This document shows, in pieces, positions 53,394-64,000 of a DNA stretch of 64,000 nucleotides (its first letter is position 1; each line of letters opens with the position of its first letter). The position numbers were made by a program, and so were the translations under genes. The notes beneath the pieces are model-generated. The model was given only the letters and a program-made list of their open reading frames with translations. It was not told the DNA's origin and did not search any database. The DNA lies in NCBI RefSeq assembly GCF_009914755.1, contig NC_060931.1; one strand, 5' to 3'. Source of the stretch: the human T2T-CHM13v2.0 reference genome, Homo sapiens.

Positions 53394-54155
53394 CAGTTGA
53401 CCTTTGAACAACAGGGGGTGGAAACTGTGTAGGTCTACTTATGCATGGATTTTCTTCCGCCTCTCCTACCTGAGACAGAAGACCTTTGCCTTCTCTTGCT
53501 CCTTCTGCTCAGCCTGCTCAACCTGACGGTGATGAAAACTGAAGCCCTTGATGATGATCCACTTCCGCTTAATGAATAGTAAATATATTTTCTCTTCCTT
53601 ATGATTTTCTCAATAACATTTCTTTTCTCTGGCTTTACTTTATTGTAAGAATACAGTATATAATACATATAACATTAAAAATGTGTGTTAATCTACTGTT
53701 TATGTTATTGATAAGACTTCTGGGCAATAGTAGGCTAGTAGTAGTAGTTAAGTTTGTTTTTGTTTTTGTTTTTTTTCTTTTGAGACAGAGTTTTGCTCTG
53801 TCGCCCAGGCTGGAATGCAGTGGCGCTATCTCGGCTCACTGCAACATCCGCCTCCTGGGTTCAAGCGATTCTCCTGCCTCAGCTTCCTGAGTAGCTAGGA
53901 TTACAGGCACCCACCACCACGCTAATTTTGTATTTTTAGTAGAGATGGGGTTTCACCATGTTGGTCAGGCTCGTCTCGAACTCCTGATCTCAGATGATCC
54001 GCTCGCCTCAGCCTCCCAAAGTGCTGAGATTACAGGCATGAGCCACCACACCTGGCCAGTAGTTACGTTTTAGGAGACTTGAAAGTTATACATGGATTTT
54101 CAACTGCACATGGGGATCTGCACCCCTAACTTCCACATTATTCAAGGGTCAACTC
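53394..54155. mobile_element. Tigger2a-like (TcMar) non-autonomous transposon split by an Alu
   Basis: TA|CAGTTGACCTTTGAA ... TTCAAGGGTCAACTC|TA: terminal inverted repeats with TA target duplication. Confidence 0.9.
53752..54057 (-). mobile_element. AluSx-like, full length, nested in Tigger2
   Basis: Reverse Alu; AGTAGTTA duplicated at 53743-53750 and 54058-54065. Confidence 0.95.
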
Positions 54156-54779
54156 TACTGCAGTTAATTAACATAAATTTAATTAGTGTCTCTAATAGGG
54201 ATGCTATACATACGCAAACTATTTCTTCTAAGTGGTTTCTATTTAAAACATCATCTCTTACCTCTCCTTACTATGTCCACGGAAAAAACAATAGCACCAT
54301 TTCTTAATTTGCAAAAAGTCAGATTTATTAATCTAAAGTAAAAAACAATTGGTATTAATAACACAATTACCACATCCACACATTTACACACCAATGACAC
54401 CAATATCGTACGAGTAAAGTTTCAATATAAAAGTAAACTCATAAATGTCACTCAATGAAAACTACTGAAAGGTTTTCTCTACACTTCTTCTATACCGCCA
54501 GTAAAACTTTACTACAAATTGTATTTGGTCTAGACTTATTTCTGTTCCAAAACCCCTTGTGAATAATGAGAGTTGCCTGGGCACTTATTTATATTTGGCT
54601 CAAGTGCTATAATATGTATATTTGTTTTTTGTGTTTCTAAGATATCCTGATTGCAATCATTAACACTTTTTCTACATTTTCATACTTTAACGCACACTCT
54701 CAACTCATAAATTCTAACGTGAATATGTCCAGTAATATCTTTGCCTAATGTGTAGCGTTAATACTACCTTTTCTATCAC

Positions 54780-54980
54780 AAATCACTAGCAGGTTAATCC
54801 TCAATTAATTCCCAATTAATCTTTATTAAAAATGAATTCACTGGTGAATAGTCCTCCTGCTTCCCACATAGTCAAAACTCTGCAGTCGTGGCAGCTGAAT
54901 TGCGTAATGTATGGCCACGGCCAAACAGGCCCAGATGTTTCACGGTATAGACAAGAGACTCCCTATACGTCACTCTTTTC
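54780..54980. promoter_or_regulatory. Candidate intronic enhancer
   Basis: TAAT cluster, ATTGCGTAAT, CCAGATGT, ACGTCA and locally retained CpGs. Motif evidence only. Confidence 0.35.
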
Positions 54981-55777
54981 TTTTGCATTTGCTCTTTTCT
55001 AATGCCAGGATGAATACTTTATTCTCCTTCTAAAAAGTTAAAAACTCCTCTAGTAGCTTCTGTTTCTCAGCTACCTGACTTGCGATTCTGGAATTCAGAC
55101 CACGGATTTCTAAAGACTACATCTATTGAGAGGCTTTAAAGGTTAATGATTCTAGGTCATTAGTTGCCACTGCCTGATTCGATTAAGTTTTCATACTTTC
55201 CCCCTGGAAAATCTAGCCTAGTTCCTGGCGTGTTCCCCATCCTTTCCCAGAAAAATGTCTCCTCCCCATTCCTCAAGAGGCCTGGAAGAATCTCCCTAGT
55301 TGACCTTACATTCTTGAATATGCTTTTATTGTTTGCTTTCCTGCTTCCAAAATTCTACTTTTTTTCTTACATTAACTTCCATTGTTATGTTGTGCTTTAC
55401 CTCATTTTAATTGGGTATCTACAATTCAATGATTTCATATTTCTGATTTTGCTTTTATTTTGATAAGTCCCCATATCTTACACATGTGCATTATGTTTAA
55501 TAATTATTTTAGGATGCACTTTGTCCTCTTCAAAACAATGAATGCATTTTATTTTCATAAATATTTGGTTGATAGATGCAAGAATTTATCCATGAAGGCA
55601 TTTGGTAAAATACTACTCTTTACATTTCACCTTCAGATATGCTTCAACTTTTCATTGTAATTGGCTTGTTGTGGTATTTGAATCTGATAATCTCTTTGTC
55701 CATTGAGGTGGGAGAGGGATCCCATCCTTGATGCCTCCTTCAGTAGCTGAAGGGTAAGAAAATTTGTCTCGTTGTTT

Positions 55778-55980
55778 AGAATGACTGTCCAGCTGGAGTT
55801 ACTGACATATGAAAATGTTCTATATTTGTGCTGCCTGATACATTCACTAGTAGCCACATATATCTATTGAGTACTTGGAACGTGCTTAGTGGAGCCAAAC
55901 AATTGAATTTTTAATTTTATTTAGTTAAAATTTAAATTTACATAGCAACATGTGGCTTTACATACCATACTACATGACAT
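55778..55980. mobile_element. MER3-like hAT-Charlie element
   Basis: gaaaatgttctatatttgtgctgcc..tagccacatatatctattgagtacttggaacgtg..ttgaatttttaattttattt..atagcaacatgtggct. Confidence 0.8.
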
Positions 55981-56164
55981 AAAACAGTGTTAAAATAATT
56001 GATGCTGAGCATATATGTACAAATGGTCATTTCTAGCACATCTGTAATATTTGTTGAGCAACCCTGTCTGACATTGCTCTCCAGGTGCAGAAAAAGATCA
56101 TATTTAGACTACGGGGTCCTTGACTCTCAGAACTTTTCAACTGAGAAACAAGACTATTCTAAAC

Positions 56165-56526
56165 TGGTAATTCTCAACTTTGTCTATATATTGCAGTCAC
56201 CTGGAAGCTTTTTTAAAAATACTAATGTCCAGATAAAATAATAAGATATCTGAGATGTTTTCAAAATAATTGGGACACTATGAGGCAGTAGTGGGTTGGC
56301 ACAAATAAATAAGATTTGCCATGTGTTGATAAACATTGAACATAATGGACACAGGGAAGTCCATTACACAATTCTCTCTATTTTTTAAATGCTGTAATTT
56401 TCCAATATAAAAATTTTTAAATGCCAGCTCCATTCTAGATGAACTTAATCATATTCTATGAGATATCAGTATTTCTTAAAAATGCCCATATCACTCCAAT
56501 GTAACATCAGTGTTGAGAATTACTAG
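56165..56526. mobile_element. MER5-like element interrupted by an old L1 (L1ME-type) 3' fragment at about 56235-56420
   Basis: ttctcaactt..gtcacctggaagcttttttaaaaatactaatg ... gttgagaattactag; the insert has tttcaaaataat..gccatgtgttgata..cattacacaattctctcta. Confidence 0.65.
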
Positions 56527-57056
56527 TCAGAAAAAAAGTAATTTTATGATAAATTAAAGAAGCATGGAGAGTCTGACAGTAATCTGTTCTTATGAACTAA
56601 AGAAATTGCTAAAATGGAATCAGTATCAGAGTCATTGGTAACCAAACTGATCAGATTTAACAGATTTTTTTAAACCTATCAAAATGTGTTGCAATATGGA
56701 TTGATTTTTACTTCCTTACAGAAATAAATGCTAACTCAATTGCACAAGTAAACTTATTGCACACTTTCCTTTTATTAGACAGTTTACGTGACTAAGCCCA
56801 GACCCAGAGCTGAAATGACTTTATTAGCTTGCCCACCCCTCACTATCATTTCTCCTTCCTTACAAGCCAGGCCACAGTGTGGTTACTTATCAGTGTCTCA
56901 TAACTACACAAACAAACAGCATTGAGGAATATGGTTAACCAGTCATACTCAAATCAGAGTGACATGACACAGGTATTACAGTTTAAATCAGTATCATTGT
57001 ATCAAGGTCCTCATAAAGGAGATTTTTCATTTCTTTTTTAAAAATTGGTCAATTTG

Positions 57057-57403
57057 GGCTGGGCATGATGGCTCACACCTGTAATCCCAGTGCTTTGGGA
57101 GACCACGAAGTGCTTATCACTTGAGGTCAGGAGTTCAAGACCAGCCTGGCCAATATGGTCTCTAATAATTGTACATCTCTATTAATAATACTAATCTCTA
57201 CTAATCTCTACTAATAATACAAAAATTAGCCAGGCATGCTCGTGCATGCCTGTGATCCCAGCTGCGTGGGTGGCTGAGGAAGGAGAATCACTTGAACCCA
57301 GGAGGCGGGGGTTGCAATGAGCCAAGATCGTACCACTACACTCCAACCTGGGTGACAGAGCAAGACTCCGTTTAAAAAAAAACAAAAAAAACAAAAAAAC
57401 AAA
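57057..57403 (+). mobile_element. AluS with rearranged end of the left monomer
   Basis: Alu left and right arms with repeated TCTCTA(A/T/C)TAAT units at 57159-57220. Confidence 0.93.
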
Positions 57404-57891
57404 GTGATCAATTGAAAAATTTGAAATTAATCTATTTTTTATTTTCAAATCACCAACTATTTTCGCCATTATCCATTACTACAATGCAGATTGCTTGATA
57501 TTCCTTATGTTTCTCAGTTGTCCAATGATTCCATGTTTTATTTAATGTTTTGTCTCTATTAGACTGGCATATTAAATACTATGTTTCTTGACTGTATGTA
57601 ATGCTCAGAAGCTCAACAATGTATAGCATAACTGCACAGAATGTATATAGAATCTTATGTCTTACTTAAAAATAATGTAATGAGGCATTCTCACATGTTA
57701 GAAAATTAGGCTTGACAGTTTCCAAATTCTTAAAAATATAGACATCTTACCTTTGAAATTATAGATTGTTTTGCTGGTTTATGCTAAACTTTTAAAAATG
57801 CATACTTATTTTTGTCCTGATTAATCCAATAATAGCAAATATATCACATACAATCAAAGGTATTTCACTTTAGAAAGTATCCGTAAATATT

Positions 57892-58221
<330 letters not shown>

Positions 58222-58714
58222 TTAGACACAAACACAGATAATTAAACTTAACCTGGACAGTCATTCAACTCTCCTACAGATTGCCCAAGCATCTTCGAAA
58301 TTTGCCCTATTCTAAAAGCCTGGAACCAAGACCTTCAAAACACCCCTAACAAGGAGAAATCATTCATTATAAGGGAAGCATTTCCTATGCCAGAAATAGG
58401 ATTTACCAAGAACTGTGCACCTAAGCCTATGCTGGAAAACACACTAAAAGAAAAAGAAAACACTAATTTTTCCTTAGGGAGTGCATATTTCTGATCCAAG
58501 TAAAAAACCAGAGACATGTGAACTAGGCCACAAGGGGAAATGTAAGTGTAGTCTTCTGCACTTTATAGATATTATATGGCAAGGGAAAAGTAATGATTAG
58601 TGTAGGGAGGTAGTGATCTTAAAAGGTGTAACCATCCACATTTTAATGAAAATGATGCATATAGATTGGGAAAATATATTACAGGCTATGGGATAAAAAT
58701 AAAAAATAAATCTG

Positions 58715-58848
58715 GCAGGCGTCATAGAACTAAATACACACACAGAAGTGCATATAAAACAGTGAAATCTGAATAAGGGCTCCTTCTGTATTACTTCTTA
58801 CAACTGAAGGTGAATTTACAATTACCTCAAAATAAAGATTTTTTTTTT
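58715..58848 (+). mobile_element. Old L1 (L1MC/MD-type) 3'-end fragment
   Basis: tacacacacagaagtgcatataaaacagtgaaatctgaataagg..ttcttacaactgaaggtgaatttacaattacctcaaaataaa. Confidence 0.65.
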
Positions 58849-59831
58849 AGATGAGGAATAGACATAAACAAGTCTATCAAAAAAAAAAAAAAAAAGATTG
58901 GTCAGAACAAAAGCAAAACCAACATCAACAAAAACGGTCCTAGCTGGTCAATAAATGTTGTACCGATTAAGATGAGAGATTGTAGACAGAAATCCATTAA
59001 AATATAGTCTAAATTCTTTTCTGAGGAGATTCGATAGTAAGGCATAACATGTCACTGGGGATTCTTGACTAACTAAGAGATGTGGAAAATCCTGTAGAAA
59101 ACTTGAATGTAGCTAAACTATAAACATTTAGATATTCACATTAGAAAATATCAGAACATTGTCTTAAACTCCTAACATTAAGCATCATATTCCAAAGACT
59201 AAGTGAAAAGTTCACTTTGCCACAAAAGCAGTGCTCTAAATACACACACATACGCATATATGTGTATGTGTATATAGATAGATAGATGATAGACAGATAG
59301 ATATAATAATACATACATATCTATAGATAGATATAATATTAAACAAAATTTGGTTACACACAAAAGCCAGTACAAGTAATATCTAATAACATATTATTGA
59401 TTGACATTAGCCGGTCCCTGTGTCATGTGTTTCAAAGCCAATAATTCAACATTTGTATTTTAAGTGTAGAATAATTTCAGGTTATCATAGAATTCCACAA
59501 ACAGAAATGATACGGTCAAAATAATACTACATGTTGTATTATTCTGCAGCATTTAATTAGAGAAGAATGACAAGAGATAAAGATGCTCAGAGAATACTCA
59601 CTTTGGGAGTCCTGGGGGAAAGAACTAAATTAAGTGCAAGAGACCTGAAAGTAGGCAAAGGGGAAAAATATAGAAGAATATGGAATAGAACGGATTTGAA
59701 CCATGCTCTGGTAGGATGAAGCAATGGAACTCAGTCTTAAATATAAGTCTAATAGAAAAGAAGAAATCATCAGCTGAGACTATAAATGTGAAAGCATTTG
59801 GCAGTAAATTAAAATTAATTAGATAAAAGAT

Positions 59832-59855
59832 TGTGTGTGTGTGTGTGTGTGTGTG
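59832..59855. repeat. (TG)12 microsatellite
   Basis: Seen directly. Confidence 0.95.
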
Positions 59856-60789
59856 CATGTTTAGAAATGGTGTTGTCTTTAGAAAACAAAAGGAAAAAAG
59901 TTATGGAATAATTAACTGTATTTTTGATATTTAATTCTGTGTTTTGAGAGTCTTGTAAGAACTAAGGATCTGAAATAGACAAGAATGGTCAATGTTAGAC
60001 TGCTCCAGAGGTTACACAGTTCATTGTATTAGAGAGGAACAGATGGGTCTGGTGTTTACACATTGTGGGGAAGATGGGTGTGAACAGGAGAGGAGGAGAA
60101 ACAAGGAAAGCATGCCTGGTTAGCATAAGAAAAATGACCAATCATTAATATTTTTCAGCATCTTCTGTGCAAAAAGACTATATTAAATTTTTTAAAATCA
60201 ATGGTTTTCTAAAACTGGGGATAAAGTTAAGGACTTGAGATAAGGGAAGGTTTCCTGGTGTCTGCTTGTAGTAATGTTTTTTATTATTTTATCCAAACAC
60301 AAAAAAAGGCAAATACAATATAGGTAATGCTCAACTTAACAAAATTTACTTGGATTAAATGTTAAATTTTTAAACAAAAAACAGATACTTCAATTCACAA
60401 ATAACTGCCTAAAATATGATTCTGTTCACATAAATATCTACTATTTACAGCAAAGCCCATCTGCACATTGCCAGCTATTAAACTGTGTCAAATATATTCA
60501 GGTACTTTGGTAATTGACCACAAGAGCTACATCATTAAAAAAATTAAAAATTGAAGCTAAGAAAGTTGATCACTGTTTACATTCATAAAACAAAGCTGAA
60601 AAATGTCTGAGGTAATCATGAAATCAGATTCTGGGAGAGGTAATTTACACTCAAGCAAAGCACTTTGTCAAATTCCATTTTGTTCACTTAAAAGCAGTAG
60701 CCAACATTTTAAGTGATGCTGAAATTTATTTTTATTGGGAAGACTAAAAACTTAAGGCTTCAAAATATTTTACGAGATTTTCCTTTTAA

Positions 60790-60955
60790 GGGCACTAGGC
60801 TGAAGTCAGGATATGGAAGCTCAGCTGCCACTACTTGGCTGAATGGACAGACATTACTTAACTTCTCTGGGCACATTCCCTCATCTAGGAAATACATTCA
60901 TTGAACTGGGTAGTGCCTTGAGGCTCTTCTAGTGTCTTGATTATTTTGATTCTAA
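60790..60955 (+). mobile_element. MIR/MIR3 fragment
   Basis: gcactaggctgaagtcagga..ctgccactacttggctg..ttacttaacttctctgggcacattccctcatct. Confidence 0.7.
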
Positions 60956-61858
60956 TCATCTGTTTAAATATTACAGGTTACAATTCATTAAGAAAACTTT
61001 GACAAATCAAGCCTCCTCTAAAATCAAAGAGTCAACGCACTGGTTGATGCCGTTGGACCCTTCTTGTCCCTGCTGTGTATTATCGGACATTTAATATTTT
61101 GCTCTTCTTCCTGTACTCTTCTACCTACATCCTCCCAGTTCTTCTATTATCTAACAGAGAAACACTCTCTGTTCCTTTAAACTTCTCTTGTTTTAGGGAT
61201 CAAATTGCTATGGATCTGAAAATGCTTAAAAAGTTAACTCTGCATTTGTGATTTTAATATAATGCTTGATTCTATTATTTATTCAAAAGGCACTGTAGAA
61301 GTCTCGCATATATGATCATTTAAAATTTCGCTGAAGTCATGTCTGAATTCTGCACACTGCCTTGTGGATGTGGGAGAGGTGACTAAACTGAGTCAACGCA
61401 GTCAACCACCCAGGACTTGCAATTCCAGGGGTTTGTTGTTCTCTTTTATCTCTATCTAAGTGATATTTCTCAATAACGTATTAAATATGCAAATGTGAAC
61501 AAACAAATAATTAAAATATGTTCTTTGTAAAAAGAAATTATATCACCAAAATAAAATTCTGTTCATGCATTTTGTGTGGGACATACATGTTTTCAGCTTT
61601 TAGTAATATTTGCACATTTGCCATTCCTAAGGGTCTGCAACTGGAACTGCTAAAAATAACAGAGCAACAATAAGAAAATTCTCTCTGCAATAAAGTTTCT
61701 AACATAGCAGGAAAATGTCATTCCCACCCTCCTAGTTAACAGCTAAAACAGAGACCCAAAATTTCATTGTCATATTTGAATTCCTTTTATTTAAATTCTG
61801 TTTCCTCTTGACTAAATGCCCTGCCCCTCTGTACACTCTTTTTAAAAAGTTAAGTTCT

Positions 61859-62306
<448 letters not shown>

Positions 62307-62519
62307 TTACATAACTTGGCTAGAATTCACCTTACATTTCAGGGAAATTTCATGCCGTTTACAATTCTAAGGACAATGATTATTTTAAATCTTTAGTAAT
62401 TACTTAGGCAAGTTACATTTCCTATAGCAGTATTTGTAATAAAATGCAAACAGTTAGCATAAAATAGATTATTTTCAGATGGTGCATATGCATTACATAA
62501 TTGTACATTCATTGATAGA

Positions 62520-62690
62520 TGATAAAAATAATAACTGACACTTTACTAAGCCAGACATTGTTCTAATTGCTTTGTGTATATTAACTCAATTTCCTTTTCA
62601 GAAACGATGGTAGAGAAAAGTTAAATTTGTGGCCAAGAGGTGACAATAGTAAGAGACACAGCGGGGGTTTAGCCCTAACTATTGTGTTCT
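62520..62690 (-). mobile_element. MIR fragment
   Basis: aataataactgacac..aagccagacattgttctaattgctttgtgtatattaactcaattt..gaaacgatggtagagaaaagttaaatttgtggccaag. Confidence 0.6.
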
Positions 62691-62694
62691 CCCA

Positions 62695-63103
62695 GATATG
62701 CTTGCCTCATTTCTTCTTCGGTTGACTCTTAGGGTTGCATCCACCTAACCCTCCGGGGTTCTGGCTTCGGATAGTGTTTGATCAATGGAAGCAACAAAAG
62801 AAGATTGGAGGACATGAAGACAGGTTACTGGATGATATTCGACATGAGCTGCAATCCTCCATCTGAGGTCCCAACTTTTCCAGAAGGCTTCTGTCCTGTT
62901 GCGCTCATTGGATTCTGGTAAGAGGTCCCTGCATTTACCCTCTCAGGTTAGGGGTGCTAATATATTCCAACTGTGGACAGACCCTGGGGGATTCATCATT
63001 TCCTGTGGTTTCCCTACATTCTACTCACCATCAAATTGCCATCATCAAACTCTCTTCAATTATCCCTTTGAGTGTGACATCTATTTCCTTGTCTAATATG
63101 ATA
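62695..63103 (+). mobile_element. ERVL LTR (LTR33-like)
   Basis: ctggcttcggatagtgtttgatcaatggaagc..agattggag and aaactctcttcaattatccctttgagtgtgacatctatttcct. Confidence 0.7.
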
Positions 63104-64000
63104 ATTAAGAAATAGGATAAATCTTTTATGATTTATCAACTAATGGCTAAATATGCAAAAGTGTTGCCACTTACTTATACTTTCCTAAACATCTGGGTAT
63201 TCTAGAAAATAAATTATACAGCTCTACTTCCAGGAGCAAAGAATAGTTCTGGAGGAAAAATTATTTATAATTCCCTGAATTTTGAGTGTGGACATTCACA
63301 AGACTGTAATCTTAGAAACATGGGTGGCAGCAAGCCTCCAAATAGGGATGCCTAAACTCTGACTTTCCTGTCATTTTAATATGTCTCAATCATTTTTACA
63401 TCTACATTCTGTCTAGTTTAATGCATCCAGATCTGTTTATACTTCAAATAAGAAAAAGAAATTCCCACGTAAGCATAGCCTATAGGTGAGAAAATTTTAA
63501 TTGTTAAAGGCACTACACATACTAAGACCTCATTTTATCTTTGAATAATATTAAATAAGACATCACTTGATTCCAACCTATGCAGTGAGTGCTAAAGCAT
63601 TATTTATATGGTTCTTTAAATGTGAAAGTTATTTGCTAAATTGCTGTTGTTCTACAAAACCAAGCTAGTCCCCATTACGTTTCGGATAACACATATTTAT
63701 TTTTCTGAATAGTTTCCTGTTTGTGTTACCTACCAACATAAATCAATGATTTGCAAAATTTGCTTTGCATTCATTGTTAATTTGATAAGAGGCATGCCCA
63801 TTTAATCTTTTCAACTAATAAGAATACACCTCAGTTTAGTTTGCTAGTTTTTTGGGTGGCTAAGAATAACCATCCAAATGTTTACTGTGCAGTCCAGACA
63901 GTGGACAAGCTACCTCAACAGACTCTGAATATATTTCACTACTGCATTTGCAAATAACTATCACTTTGCAAAAATAAGTTTTCATTTGGGTGTCATTTCT

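Overview
AT-rich primate (most likely human) genomic DNA lying inside the homeobox gene MEOX2 on the minus strand. The only protein-coding sequence I can support is one 173-bp internal exon (11982-12154, exon 2). It encodes the linker and homeodomain residues 1-44 and has canonical AG/GT boundaries. Everything to its left is the downstream intron and everything to its right is a very long (>51 kb) upstream intron; the other exons lie outside the window. The rest is ordinary mammalian intron: 13 Alu copies, two large degenerate L1s, MaLR/ERVL solo LTRs, DNA-transposon fossils (MER20, MER53, MER63, MER3, MER5, Tigger2), MIR/L2 fragments, microsatellites and several repeat-free, motif-rich stretches that are enhancer candidates. 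The other ORFs in the track are repeat-derived or look like chance ORFs. I found no evidence of a new biological system, so the findings are modest structural and regulatory leads. Repeat subfamily names come from recalled consensus sequences and need RepeatMasker/Dfam confirmation; boundaries of old repeats are approximate.
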